From the NCBI GenBank assembly GCA_036557185.1, contig DATBHZ010000117.1:572-64571 (forward strand): 64,000 nt of DNA, written 5' to 3'. The position numbers were made by a program, and so were the translations under genes. The DNA is from Acidimicrobiia bacterium. GTDB taxonomy: Bacteria; Actinomycetota; Acidimicrobiia; IMCC26256; JAENVU01. The notes under the pieces are model-generated. The model saw only the letters and a list, made by a program, of their open reading frames with translations, ran no database searches and was not told where the DNA came from. Below are positions 1 through 9,277 of this stretch, one piece after another (the first letter of the stretch is position 1; each line of letters starts with the position of its first letter).

Positions 1-59
1 CAACGTCGACGAGACGGTCTCGGCGCGTTGTACGAGCGGCGGATAGCCTCGGCCCGTTC

Positions 60-1928
60 ATGGCTTCCCCCGGCATCTTCGCGAATCGGTACGAAGTCGT
101 CCGTGAGATCGCGAGCGGCGGCATGGCCACCGTCTACCTCGCCCGCGATTCGAAGCTGAACCGGCTCGTCGCGCTGAAGGTCCTGTCCGACGCGCTCTCG
201 GCGGACCCGGCCTTCGTCGAGCGCTTCCGCCTCGAGGCGCAGGCCGCCGCCAATCTCAACAACCCCAACATCGTCGCCATCTACGACTGGGGCCAGGAGC
301 ACGGCACCTACTTCATCGTGATGGAGTACGTCGACGGCGAGACGCTGCGCCACAGGCTCGACACGCAGCGGACCATTCCCCCGACCCAGGCCGCCGACAT
401 CGCGGCCGAGGTCGCGGCGGGCCTCGCCTACGCCGACAAGCACGGGGTGGTCCACCGCGACGTGAAGCCCGGCAACGTGCTCATCACACCCGGCGGGCAG
501 GTGAAGGTGACCGACTTCGGCATCGCCCGCGCGCACGGAGCGAGCGACGGCCTCACCAAGACAGGCGCGGTGATGGGCACCGCGACGTACTTCTCACCGG
601 AGCAGGCGCAGGGCCTCCCCGTCGACGGGCGCTCCGACGTCTATTCGCTCGGCGTCGTGCTGTACGAGATGCTGACGGGGACGACACCGTTCAAGGGCGA
701 CGGCCCGGTCGCGGTCGCGTACAAGCACGTGCGCGAGCCCGCCGAGATGCCGACGCAGGTGAACCCGGCCATCCCGCCCCAGCTCGAGCGCATCGTCATG
801 ACGTGCCTCGCGAAGAAGCCCGAGGAGCGCTACCAGTCGGCCGACGAGGTGCGCGCCGATCTGTTGCGCTTCCGGCGCGGCCAGAGCCTCGCCGGCCCGA
901 TGACCGCGCAGGTGGCGTCCGTGGCCGACCCGACCATCGCGATGGCGCCGGCCGCGGCCGGTGGTCTCGCAGCCGACGACGAGATCCCCCAGAAGAAGCG
1001 GAACCCGTGGTTGTGGCTCGTCGCCGGCCTGCTCGCCGCGCTGCTCATCGGTGGGTTGATCCTGCTGCTCACCCAGCTCGGCGGTGGGGGCGGCGGGTCG
1101 ATCGATCCCAAGAACGTGGTGGGGATGCAGGTCGCGGACGCCACGCGCACGCTGGAGGGACAGGGGCTCAAGGTCAAGGTCACGAACAAGCCCAACGCCG
1201 ACAAGCCCGCAGGTGTGGTCGTCAGCCAGGACCCGTCGCACGGGACGAAAGTCGACAAGGGGTCCACGGTCGACCTCGTCGTGAGCGCCGGGGTTGGCAA
1301 CGTCACGATTCCTGACGTCAGCGGTGACGACTTCGCGACAGCGCAGGACACACTCGTCGGCGCGGGCTTCAAAGTGACGCAGCAGACCGAGACGAGCGCG
1401 ACCGTACCGAAGGGCGTGGTGACGCGCACCGCGCCTCCTGCGGGATCGAAGGTGGGGAAGGGATCCGCGGTCACCGTGTTCGTGTCCGGCGGCCCGGCGC
1501 AGGTGACGATCCCCGACGTCACGCGCGTCGACGCGGTGCAGGCGACCCAGATCCTCGTGCAGAAGGGCTTCCAGGTCACCAAGACGACCCAGAACAGCTC
1601 GACGGTGCCTGCCGGTCTCGTGATCTCGACCAACCCGCCCGCCGGCACGAGCGCGGCTCCGGGCAGCACGGTCCAGCTCATCGTGTCGGACGGGCCGGCC
1701 CAGCTCCAGGTGCCGAACGTCGTGGGCATGACGCAAACCGCAGCGACGAACGCGCTCACAAACCTCGGGCTGAACGTCACCGTGGTCCAGGTACCGTCCC
1801 AGCCGCAGAACAACGGGCTCGTGATCTCGCAGAGCCCGACCGGGGGAACCTCGGTGAACAGGGGCGCGACGGTGCAGATCACGGTCGGCACCGGTCAGAG
1901 CTCGACGACCACGTCCAGCACGACGTGA
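60..1928 (+). CDS. pknB: Transmembrane Ser/Thr protein kinase with four extracellular PASTA repeats (PknB-type)
   Basis: Kinase motifs are present (GGMATVY, VALK, HRDVKPGNVL, DFGIA, SPEQ). One TM segment (WLWLVAGLLAALLIGGLILLL) is followed by four repeats of the PASTA pattern (V/IPDV..G....A...L...GF/L.V). Confidence 0.92.
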   Translation: MASPGIFANRYEVVREIASGGMATVYLARDSKLNRLVALKVLSDALSADPAFVERFRLEAQAAANLNNPNIVAIYDWGQEHGTYFIVMEYVDGETLRHRLDTQRTIPPTQAADIAAEVAAGLAYADKHGVVHRDVKPGNVLITPGGQVKVTDFGIARAHGASDGLTKTGAVMGTATYFSPEQAQGLPVDGRSDVYSLGVVLYEMLTGTTPFKGDGPVAVAYKHVREPAEMPTQVNPAIPPQLERIVMTCLAKKPEERYQSADEVRADLLRFRRGQSLAGPMTAQVASVADPTIAMAPAAAGGLAADDEIPQKKRNPWLWLVAGLLAALLIGGLILLLTQLGGGGGGSIDPKNVVGMQVADATRTLEGQGLKVKVTNKPNADKPAGVVVSQDPSHGTKVDKGSTVDLVVSAGVGNVTIPDVSGDDFATAQDTLVGAGFKVTQQTETSATVPKGVVTRTAPPAGSKVGKGSAVTVFVSGGPAQVTIPDVTRVDAVQATQILVQKGFQVTKTTQNSSTVPAGLVISTNPPAGTSAAPGSTVQLIVSDGPAQLQVPNVVGMTQTAATNALTNLGLNVTVVQVPSQPQNNGLVISQSPTGGTSVNRGATVQITVGTGQSSTTTSSTT

Positions 1929-2710
1929 CGCGGGCGGCGTCGCTCGCCGACTGGTACGTGCAGCACGGGCGCCACGAGCTGCCGTGGCGCGCGACGCGCG
2001 ACCGCTGGCCCGTGCTGGTCTCCGAGGTCATGCTCCAGCAGACGCAGGTGAGCCGCGTGCTCGACGCGTGGCCCGGCTTCATCGGGCGCTTCCCGACGGC
2101 CGACTCGATGGCGAGCGAGCCGCCCGGCGCGGTGATCACCGAGTGGGGCCGGCTCGGTTACCCGCGCCGCGCGCGGCGGCTCTGGGAGGCATCGGCGAAG
2201 ATCGCCGACGAAGGCTGGCCCGCGGATCTCGAGGAGCTCCCGGGCGTCGGGCGATACACGGCCCGCGCGCTGCTCGCGCAGTGCGACGACCGCGACGTTC
2301 CGGCCGTCGAGGTCAACGTCCGGCGAGTGCTCCAGCGCGCGGAGGGGTCGGTCCTCACCGAGCGAGCATGCGAGACGGCGATGCGACGCTGGGGCGAGCC
2401 GCTCACCGGTCGAGACAGGCTCCTCGCGCTGATGGACCTCGGCGCGACCGTCTGCACGGCGCGTGACGCCGAGTGCCCGCGCTGCCCGCTCACCGATCGT
2501 TGCGCGACGCGCGGCGTGCTCCCGGGCGAGACACGCGCGAAGCAGGCGCCCTATCGCGGCTCGTTCCGCGAGCGTCGCGGGATCGTGATGCGCCGGCTGC
2601 GGTCGCACCGCAGCGGGATATCCACCGATGACCTCGACGGCATGGCCCTCTCGTCGCTCGTCGAGGACGGGTTGGCCGTCGTCAGCCGCGGGTGGGCGCG
2701 GTTGCCGTGA
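1925..2710 (+). CDS. HhH-GPD base-excision DNA glycosylase, short MutY/EndoIII-like, with 4Fe-4S cluster loop
   Basis: Contains [10 protein letters not shown], the LPGVGRYTA hairpin and C-x6-C-x2-C-x5-C ([17 protein letters not shown]). The GTG start overlaps the pknB stop (GTGA at 1925-1928). There is no C-terminal MutT-like domain. Confidence 0.8.
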   Translation: MTRAASLADWYVQHGRHELPWRATRDRWPVLVSEVMLQQTQVSRVLDAWPGFIGRFPTADSMASEPPGAVITEWGRLGYPRRARRLWEASAKIADEGWPADLEELPGVGRYTARALLAQCDDRDVPAVEVNVRRVLQRAEGSVLTERACETAMRRWGEPLTGRDRLLALMDLGATVCTARDAECPRCPLTDRCATRGVLPGETRAKQAPYRGSFRERRGIVMRRLRSHRSGISTDDLDGMALSSLVEDGLAVVSRGWARLP

Positions 2711-3278
2711 GACCGAGGAAGTTCTGCAGGAGCTGATGTCCGGCTTCGGTGAGGATCGCCTCCGGGTGGAATTGCACGCCCTCGATCGGTAGCTCCCGGT
2801 GGCGGAGGCCCATCACGACGCCGTCGACGGTCTCTGCGGTCACCTCGAGCACGTCGGGCACGGTGTCGCGATCGACGACAAGGGAGTGGTAGCGCGTCGC
2901 GGTGAGCGGGTTCGGTAGCCCCGCGAACACGCCCGCGCCACTGTGACGGACCTCGGAGGTCTTGCCGTGCATGACACGCGCCGCGCGCACGACCTCGGCG
3001 CCGTACACCTGCCCGATGCACTGGTGGCCGAGGCAGACGCCGAGCACGGGAACGCCGCGCTCGCCGAAGTCGCGGATCGCGGCGTTGGACAGCCCCGCGT
3101 CCTCGGGGCGGCCCGGTCCGGGCGAGACGAGGCCGGCGTCCGGCTCCAGCGCGCGCATCTCGTCGAGGGAGGCCGCGTCGTGCCTCCGAACCGTCGGCTC
3201 CGCGCCCAGCTCACCGAGGTACTGCACGAGGTTGTAGACGAACGAGTCGTAGTTGTCGATCACCAGGACGCGCGTCAC
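2682..3278 (-). CDS. trpG: Glutamine amidotransferase subunit of anthranilate/aminodeoxychorismate synthase
   Basis: Contains [25 protein letters not shown] (catalytic Cys) and GVQFHPE. The start is placed at GTG 3278. The 33 upstream codons of the track ORF are Arg-rich with no family resemblance. Confidence 0.85.
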   Translation of the reverse strand: MTRVLVIDNYDSFVYNLVQYLGELGAEPTVRRHDAASLDEMRALEPDAGLVSPGPGRPEDAGLSNAAIRDFGERGVPVLGVCLGHQCIGQVYGAEVVRAARVMHGKTSEVRHSGAGVFAGLPNPLTATRYHSLVVDRDTVPDVLEVTAETVDGVVMGLRHRELPIEGVQFHPEAILTEAGHQLLQNFLGLTATAPTRG

Positions 3279-3357
3279 GCCCGGTGAGGCTACGCGCACC
3301 TGCGTGCAGCTGGCCCGGCGTTTCGCCCGGCATCGAACCTCCCGGTACCATCGGACC

Positions 3358-3588
3358 GTGCCCGTCTCCAAGAGCAAGCGGTCGCGCTACACGCCGCCGC
3401 CGCCCAAGAACCGGCCCAAGAGCCCGCTCTGGATGCCGTGCCTGATGTTCGCCCTGCTGGGCATCGGGATCGTGGTCGTGATCCTCGACTACTTCTCGAT
3501 CTTCGGGGGCGGGCAGAACAACTGGCTCCTGCTGGTCGGGCTGTGCGAGATCGGCGGCGGCATCGTCGTGGCGACCGGCATCCGCTGA
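3358..3588 (+). CDS. crgA: Cell division membrane protein CrgA
   Basis: Small two-TM protein with the typical basic N-terminus ([24 protein letters not shown]). It shows the classic actinobacterial synteny next to trpG/pknB. The start is placed at in-frame GTG 3358. Confidence 0.8.
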   Translation: MPVSKSKRSRYTPPPPKNRPKSPLWMPCLMFALLGIGIVVVILDYFSIFGGGQNNWLLLVGLCEIGGGIVVATGIR

Positions 3589-3616
3589 CAGGGCGTCCGA
3601 ATTACACGAATGTCGT

Positions 3617-3648
3617 TTGCCCACAGCCTGTGGACAGGCCTGTGGACG
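3617..3648. promoter_or_regulatory. Cluster of three DnaA-box-like 9-mers, or an imperfect hairpin, between convergent genes
   Basis: TTGCCCACA at 3617-3625. CTGTGGACA at 3628-3636 (reverse complement TGTCCACAG). CTGTGGACG at 3640-3648 (reverse complement CGTCCACAG). The two direct copies are 12 bp apart. Confidence 0.4.
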
Positions 3649-3661
3649 ACCGATTCGGGGC

Positions 3662-3913
3662 TCAGTCCGACAACAGGTGCATCTCCTCGCGGCAGTGGCG
3701 CGGCGCCGCGGGCTCCGCGTCGGGAGAAGCCGTCATCGTGACCTCGGCGCCGCACACCATGCACCGGTACCGGTAGTCGACCGGCTTGAGCTTCGACAGA
3801 TCGGGCTCGTCGGGCGGAGCCGGCGCCATCATCCCGCGGACCAGGCGCACCGCGAGCGTGTACAGCACCAGGAAGGCGGCGACGGCGATGAGGATCTTGA
3901 CGAACAGTGGCAC
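3662..3913 (-). CDS. Small membrane-anchored protein with C-terminal Cys/His zinc-ribbon-like motif (hypothetical)
   Basis: 83 aa. N-terminal TM (ILIAVAAFLVLYTLAV), then YRCMVCGAEV...PRHCREEM (CxxC...HC). Codon third positions are mostly G/C. Confidence 0.6.
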   Translation of the reverse strand: MPLFVKILIAVAAFLVLYTLAVRLVRGMMAPAPPDEPDLSKLKPVDYRYRCMVCGAEVTMTASPDAEPAAPRHCREEMHLLSD

Positions 3914-3952
3914 CGCGTCAGCTCCCGCGTGAGCCGGGCGGGCGTCTCAGTG

Positions 3953-5110
3953 TCAGTCGAGACGCTCGATGATCGTCGCGTTCGCCATGCCGCCACCCTC
4001 GCACATCGTCTGCAACCCGTACCGCCCGCCGGTCCGCTCGAGCTCGTTGAGCAGCGTCGTGAGCAGACGCGCGCCGGAGGCACCGAGGGGATGACCCAGC
4101 GCGATCGCGCCGCCGTTGACGTTGACCTTCGACATGTCCGGGTGGTGCTCCTTCTCCCACGACAGCACGACCGGGGCGAACGCCTCGTTGATCTCCACGA
4201 GGTCCATGTCGTCGAGGCTCATGTGTGCACGCTCGAGCACCTTGCTCGTCGCTGGGATCGGACCCGTCAGCATGAAGACGGGATCCACACCCGCGAGCGC
4301 GAACGCGTGGAACCGGGCGCGTGGCTTCAAGCCCAGCTCGGCAGCCTTCTCCTCACTCATGATCATCACCGCGGCTGCGCCGTCGCTGATCTGCGACGAG
4401 TTGCCGGCCGTGATCACGCCGTCGTCCTTGAAGGCGGGCTTCAGCTTGGCAAGCGTCTCGACCGTGGAGTCCGGGCGGATCCCCTCGTCGGCCGTCATCT
4501 TGTGCTTGCCGTCGTCGGTCGAGACCTCGTAAGGGACGATCTCGGTGTCGAAGCGGCCCTCTTCGCGAGCCCTGGCAGCGCGCTGGTGCGACTGTGCCGA
4601 GAACGCGTCGTTCTCCTCGCGCGAGATGCTCCACTTCTCCGCGATGAGCTCAGCCGAGATTCCCTGGGGCACGAGGTGCGGGTAGCGCTCCAGCATCTTC
4701 GGCCCGAAGGGAACACTGCCGGGAATGATCGACGCGCCCATCGGGACCCGGCTCATGTTCTCGACGCCGGCGGCGATCACGACGTCGTAGGCGCCCGCGA
4801 TCACGCCCTGCGCGGCGAAGTGAGCGGCCTGCTGCGACGACCCGCACTGCCGGTCGACCGACGTGCCGGGCGTGCTCTCGGGCAGCCCCGCCGCGAGCGC
4901 TGCGTTGCGCCCGACGTTCACCGCCTGATCGCCGACCTGCATGACGCAGCCCATGATCACGTCTTCGACGAGCGACGGATCGATCCCCGTGCGCTCCACC
5001 AGCGCCTTCACCGTGTGCGCCGCCATGTCGACCGGGTGGCTGTCCTTCAAGGAGCCGTTTCGCTTGCCGAAGGGTGTCCGAACCGCATCGACGATCACAG
5101 CGCTGGTCAT
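3953..5110 (-). CDS. Acetyl-CoA C-acetyltransferase (thiolase)
   Basis: Full-length thiolase: active-site Cys region VDRQCGSSQQA, NVNGGAIALGHPLGASG, CEGGGMANA. Confidence 0.93.
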   Translation of the reverse strand: MTSAVIVDAVRTPFGKRNGSLKDSHPVDMAAHTVKALVERTGIDPSLVEDVIMGCVMQVGDQAVNVGRNAALAAGLPESTPGTSVDRQCGSSQQAAHFAAQGVIAGAYDVVIAAGVENMSRVPMGASIIPGSVPFGPKMLERYPHLVPQGISAELIAEKWSISREENDAFSAQSHQRAARAREEGRFDTEIVPYEVSTDDGKHKMTADEGIRPDSTVETLAKLKPAFKDDGVITAGNSSQISDGAAAVMIMSEEKAAELGLKPRARFHAFALAGVDPVFMLTGPIPATSKVLERAHMSLDDMDLVEINEAFAPVVLSWEKEHHPDMSKVNVNGGAIALGHPLGASGARLLTTLLNELERTGGRYGLQTMCEGGGMANATIIERLD

Positions 5111-5294
5111 GGGTGGCCTCCGGGAGCTCGCACGCTTCGCCCGGCCAGCTTGACCGGGCGGTCAAGGCTATAGCCGGCACAACGCCACCCGCCCATCGAC
5201 TCTTCCCGTCGACCACCCGCGCGCGTTGCCGCGTGCCGATCGACGAAGCGAATCCCGAGCGGGCGGGAGCGTACGCTCCGCCCTCGTGCGGAAC

Positions 5295-5708
5295 ATGGAC
5301 AAGTCGCTCGGTGACGGGGGGATGCCCTTGCTCGGGCAGCTCGGAGTGCACTTCGCACGCTACGGCGAAGGTTGGGTCGAGGCCGAGTGGCGCCCAACGG
5401 AGAGCGCTTGCAATCCGCTCGGTCCCGTGCACGGAGGCGTTTACGCGGTCGTCCACGACGCGGCGATGAACTTCGCGACGAACAGCGCGCTCGAACGCGG
5501 CGACCGGTGCGCCACCATCTCGATCACGTACTCGACCATGCGGGCCGCGACCAAGGACGACACGCTCCTCGTGCGGGGCGAGGTTGTCCGGTTGACCAAG
5601 CAGATCGCATACCTCGATACGAGCATCACCAACACAGAGAGGGAGCTCGTGTCGAAGGCAACAGGCACGTTCATCCTTCGCCGCCGCCCGCCTGACGAAG
5701 TGAGCTGA
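5295..5708 (+). CDS. PaaI-family hotdog-fold thioesterase
   Basis: Has the NPLGPVHGGVYAVVHDAAM motif typical of PaaI/4HBT thioesterases. The start is placed at internal ATG 5295; the upstream part of the ORF is Arg-rich. Confidence 0.75.
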   Translation: MDKSLGDGGMPLLGQLGVHFARYGEGWVEAEWRPTESACNPLGPVHGGVYAVVHDAAMNFATNSALERGDRCATISITYSTMRAATKDDTLLVRGEVVRLTKQIAYLDTSITNTERELVSKATGTFILRRRPPDEVS

Positions 5709-5713
5709 CACAG

Positions 5714-6541
5714 ATGCAAACGACCGTTGTCGGCGGCGGGATCATGGGCGCGGGGATTGCCTACGAAGCGCGCGTCGCCGGTTTCCCGGTGACGCTCGTC
5801 GAGGCGAAGCCGGAGCTCCTCGATGCAGCGAACGAGCGCGTGTCCCACTACGAGCAGCGCGCACGTTCCAAGGGCGCCGCGCTCGACGGTTTCGGCACGC
5901 TGCACACCACGACGGATCTCGAGGCCGCCGTCGCCGGTGCCGACGTCGTCGTCGAGGCCGTCTCGGAGGATCTCGAGCTGAAACAGTCGATCTTTCGCTC
6001 CGTCGGGCCCGCGGCGCGGGACGACACCGTGCTGGCCTCCAACACGAGCGGCCTGCCGATCGAGGTGCTCGGCGCCGCGAGCGGCCGGCCGAGCCAGGTC
6101 GTCGGCACGCACTTCTTCAACCCGGTGCCGGCGATGCGCCTGGTCGAGGTTGTGCGGTCCGTCGAGACGAGCGACGCGACCGTCGAGCGCGCCATGGCGT
6201 TCTGCCACGCGCTCGGCAAGGAGACGGTCGAGGTACGAGACCTTCCCGGGTTCATCACGACGCGTCTCGGGACGCTGCTGATGTGCGAGGGGATCCGCGC
6301 CTACGAGCAGGGTGTCGCGTCCGCCGAGCATCTCGATCTCGCGATGAAGCTCGGGTACAACCACCCGATGGGGCCGCTCGAGCTCGCGGACCGCGTCGGC
6401 CTCGACACACTCTTGGCGATCCTGGACGACATGCGCAGGTCCTACGGCGACGCGTTCCGCGCGCCGCCGCTGCTGCGCCAGATGGTGACGGCCGGGAAGC
6501 TCGGGCGGAAGTCGGGCCGCGGCTTCTACGACTACGGCTAG
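5714..6541 (+). CDS. 3-hydroxyacyl-/3-hydroxybutyryl-CoA dehydrogenase
   Basis: NAD-binding VVGGGIMGAGIA. Also HFFNPVPAMRLVEV, PGFITTRL and GRKSGRGFYDY. Confidence 0.92.
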   Translation: MQTTVVGGGIMGAGIAYEARVAGFPVTLVEAKPELLDAANERVSHYEQRARSKGAALDGFGTLHTTTDLEAAVAGADVVVEAVSEDLELKQSIFRSVGPAARDDTVLASNTSGLPIEVLGAASGRPSQVVGTHFFNPVPAMRLVEVVRSVETSDATVERAMAFCHALGKETVEVRDLPGFITTRLGTLLMCEGIRAYEQGVASAEHLDLAMKLGYNHPMGPLELADRVGLDTLLAILDDMRRSYGDAFRAPPLLRQMVTAGKLGRKSGRGFYDYG

Positions 6542-6558
6542 TCGCGCCGCGGCTACGG

Positions 6559-8397
6559 CTAGCCCGCGACCTCTTCGCGGTCCGCAGCCACGCCCGCGTC
6601 GCCGGCCGTCTCGGAGGGCTCCGCGGAGGGCGCCGCCACAGGGACGGTGAAGAGGAACGTCGACCCCTCGCCGACCACGCTCTCGACCCAGAGGTCGCCG
6701 CCCTGCAGCTCGACGAAGCTCCGAGCGATCGCCAACCCGATGCCGGTGCCGCGTCTCGGACGGTCTGCGAGATTGCTCTGGTAGAAGCGCTCGAAGATGC
6801 GTTCCAGATCCTCGGCCGCGACCCCGACTCCTTCGTCGCGCACCCAGACCAAGACGTCTTCGCCCTCGCTCGACGCACCGATCTCGAGCCTCGAACGCGG
6901 CTCCGAGAACTTCACGGCGTTCGACACGAGGTTCGTCATCACGTGCTTGAGGCTCTCCGGGTCCGCGAACGCCCACGTCTTCGGCGGGATCATCACGTCG
7001 ACCGAGTGCTCCGCGAGGATCGGCTTGATCTGCTCGAGCCACGCGAGCATGTAGGGCTCCAGCTCCGTCGGCTTCGGTGTGTTGTCGACGTGACCCGCGT
7101 CGATGCGCGTCAGGTCGAGGAGCTGCTCGATCTGCAGCGCGAGCTCATCGGCGTTCGCGGAGGCCCGCTCGAGCATCCGGCGCCGCTGCTGGTCGTCCAG
7201 CCGGTCCCAATAGAGCAGGACGGTGTCGACGAAGCCCTTCGCCGCCGTCAGCGGCGTGCGCAGCTCGTGTGACACCGTGCCGAGGAACTCGGACTTCAGA
7301 CGGTCCGCCTCCTGGAGCTGTGCCGCGGCGTGGTGCTCGCGGTCGTAGGCCTGTGCGCGCGTGATGACGAGCGCCGCCTGGTCGGCATACCCCTCGAGCA
7401 GCGGCAGATCGTCGTCGCCCAGATCGGGCCGCGCGCGGAAGCACCCGACCAGCACACCGAACGTCACGCCGTCCGCACGAAGAGGAAGCGCGACGATCGC
7501 GCCGACACCCGCGTGGGCGAGTGAAGCGCCCCACAGATCCGAGAACCGTGCGTACCGGTCTCCGCGCAGCACATCGTCGACGATGATCGCGTGGCCGGTG
7601 CGCATCACGTCGCGGACGGGGCCTGCGAGCTCGTCGATGCGTTGCGAGTGCGGCCAGATCTCGCGCACCGCCTTCGGTGCAGCCGGGTACAGCGAGTCAC
7701 CGTCTCGCAGCATCACGAAAGCGAACTTCGCATCGGCCGCATCGGTGACGGACTGCACGATGGAATCGAGTGTGGGCACCAGGCCGGGCACCGCGGTGAC
7801 CGATCGGAGGGCGTGCTGCATGCGCTCGAGTCCCAGCGCGAGGCGCCGCTGCTCGCGGGTCACCTTGTCGACGACCAGAGCGGCTGCCAGCGTCAGGATC
7901 CCGAACAGGACCAGCGAGACCACGCTCACTCGATCGTCGACCGGAGCCGACCACTGCGCGACGAGCGCCAGCACGATCGCGAGGCAGGTCGACTCCATGC
8001 CCCCGGCAAGGCCCGCGGCGCACGTGTCGACGACGACCGTCACCAGGAATGCGAGCAGCATCGGAACCAGGAAGTGCGGAAGGATCAGCGTGCACGCAAA
8101 GATCGCGAGCATCCCGAGGAGCAAGACACCACGGCGCGTGTTCAACCCGTGTCTGTCGCCGTAACGCTCGATCACCTCGGCGACGATCAGGTATCCCGAG
8201 AGCATCCCGGCAACCGCAAGGCGCTTCTCCCACATGATCGCCGGGATGCAGAGAAGGACGACGGCAGCAGCGAGCCCCGTGACCAGCCGCACTCGGGCCG
8301 CGGTCGCGGTGATCCTGACCTGCGACTCGCCGAACGGGTCTGCAGGGTCGAGCGCACGGCGCACGCGACGCAGGCTCGGGATCGGCATGGAGGCCAA
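6559..8397 (-). CDS. Membrane sensor histidine kinase with GAF domain (no adjacent response regulator)
   Basis: N-terminal polytopic membrane region and a central GAF-like region. H-box SHELRTPLTAAKGF, N box NLVSNAVKFS and G boxes DEGVGV / GTGIGLAIARSFV. Confidence 0.88.
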   Translation of the reverse strand: MASMPIPSLRRVRRALDPADPFGESQVRITATAARVRLVTGLAAAVVLLCIPAIMWEKRLAVAGMLSGYLIVAEVIERYGDRHGLNTRRGVLLLGMLAIFACTLILPHFLVPMLLAFLVTVVVDTCAAGLAGGMESTCLAIVLALVAQWSAPVDDRVSVVSLVLFGILTLAAALVVDKVTREQRRLALGLERMQHALRSVTAVPGLVPTLDSIVQSVTDAADAKFAFVMLRDGDSLYPAAPKAVREIWPHSQRIDELAGPVRDVMRTGHAIIVDDVLRGDRYARFSDLWGASLAHAGVGAIVALPLRADGVTFGVLVGCFRARPDLGDDDLPLLEGYADQAALVITRAQAYDREHHAAAQLQEADRLKSEFLGTVSHELRTPLTAAKGFVDTVLLYWDRLDDQQRRRMLERASANADELALQIEQLLDLTRIDAGHVDNTPKPTELEPYMLAWLEQIKPILAEHSVDVMIPPKTWAFADPESLKHVMTNLVSNAVKFSEPRSRLEIGASSEGEDVLVWVRDEGVGVAAEDLERIFERFYQSNLADRPRRGTGIGLAIARSFVELQGGDLWVESVVGEGSTFLFTVPVAAPSAEPSETAGDAGVAADREEVAG

Positions 8398-8458
8398 CGG
8401 TAGCGGTCGTCACTTAGGCTCGAAAGCCCATGTCCGACCCGCTTCCGACACCCGAGCG

Positions 8459-9277
8459 ATGACAACGGAAGCAGCGGAGCGACGGGCCGGGCAACCCGTG
8501 CCGTGGACGAAGCCGGTGCGCGGCGGATGGGTCATCGAGGCCGCGCTGGGCGTCGCGATCTTCCTCGTGTACGACCAGGTGCGCGACAAGACGATGGGTA
8601 CTGCGCACCAAGCGGCTATCCACGCTCGTCAGGTCGTGGACGTCGAACGGTTCTTCGGCATCTACCAGGAGCGACACATCCAGCACTGGTTCATCAACTG
8701 GCACTGGTTCCTGTCGTTCTGGAACATCTACTACGGGACAATCCACTTCGTGCTTCCCGTTGTGGCGCTCGTCGTCCTGTACCACAAGACCCCGACGCGC
8801 TACCTGCGCTGGCGCAACACCCTGCTCATCCTGCTCGCGCTCGGCCTCGTCGGCTTCTGGCTCTACCCGTTGACACCGCCGCGACTCATGCCCGCTTCGT
8901 ACGGCTTCGTCGACACGGCGGCGCGGTTCTTCAACTTCGGACCCCAACAGCCGATCCACTACCTCCCGAACGGCGAACCGACTCCGGCATCGATCGCGGC
9001 CTTCGGCAATTTGTATGCAGCGATGCCGAGCCTGCACATGGGATGGTCGACATGGTCGGCGCTCGCGCTGCTGCCGGTGCTCCGGCGTCCCTGGTTGAAG
9101 GTCCTCGTGTGCCTCGACCCGGTGCTGACCTTCTTCGCCATCGTCGTCACGGCGAACCACTGGATCCTGGACGCGATCGGCGGATGGGTCGCATTGGCAA
9201 TCGCGTACGGACTCGCGGTCGTCCTCGAACGTCTCTGCTACGACACCTCGCGCAGACGTCCGGTGTCCACGTCGTAG
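8459..9277 (+). CDS. PAP2-superfamily integral membrane protein (Aur1/Ipt1-like phosphotransferase type)
   Basis: Multi-TM with the PAP2-type motifs MPSLHMGWS and HWILDAIGG. The start is placed at ATG 8459, because the upstream part of the ORF overlaps the kinase gene on the other strand. Confidence 0.7.
   Translation: MTTEAAERRAGQPVPWTKPVRGGWVIEAALGVAIFLVYDQVRDKTMGTAHQAAIHARQVVDVERFFGIYQERHIQHWFINWHWFLSFWNIYYGTIHFVLPVVALVVLYHKTPTRYLRWRNTLLILLALGLVGFWLYPLTPPRLMPASYGFVDTAARFFNFGPQQPIHYLPNGEPTPASIAAFGNLYAAMPSLHMGWSTWSALALLPVLRRPWLKVLVCLDPVLTFFAIVVTANHWILDAIGGWVALAIAYGLAVVLERLCYDTSRRRPVSTS

Noticed and set aside
5149-5166. Perfect 8-bp inverted repeat CTTGACCG-GG-CGGTCAAG upstream of the thiolase gene
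   Set aside because: It is plausibly an operator in the thiolase/thioesterase divergent promoter. However, there is no adjacent regulator and it occurs only once, so the evidence is too thin to call a feature.
3617-5173. Other long antisense or out-of-frame ORFs. Examples: 3617..5173 +, 5441..7042 -, 8414..10030 -, 27362..29485 -, 42101..43477 -, 43628..44938 -, 53198..54508 -, 53899..55452 +, 58567..60333 -, 59856..61466 -, 62183..63748 +.
   Set aside because: Each lies opposite to, or out of frame with, a gene that has strong family motifs (thiolase, HBD, kinase, TgpA, yidC, jag/rsmG, murJ, pilT, cca, ino1). Each has the Arg/Gly/Pro/His-rich composition of non-coding frames.
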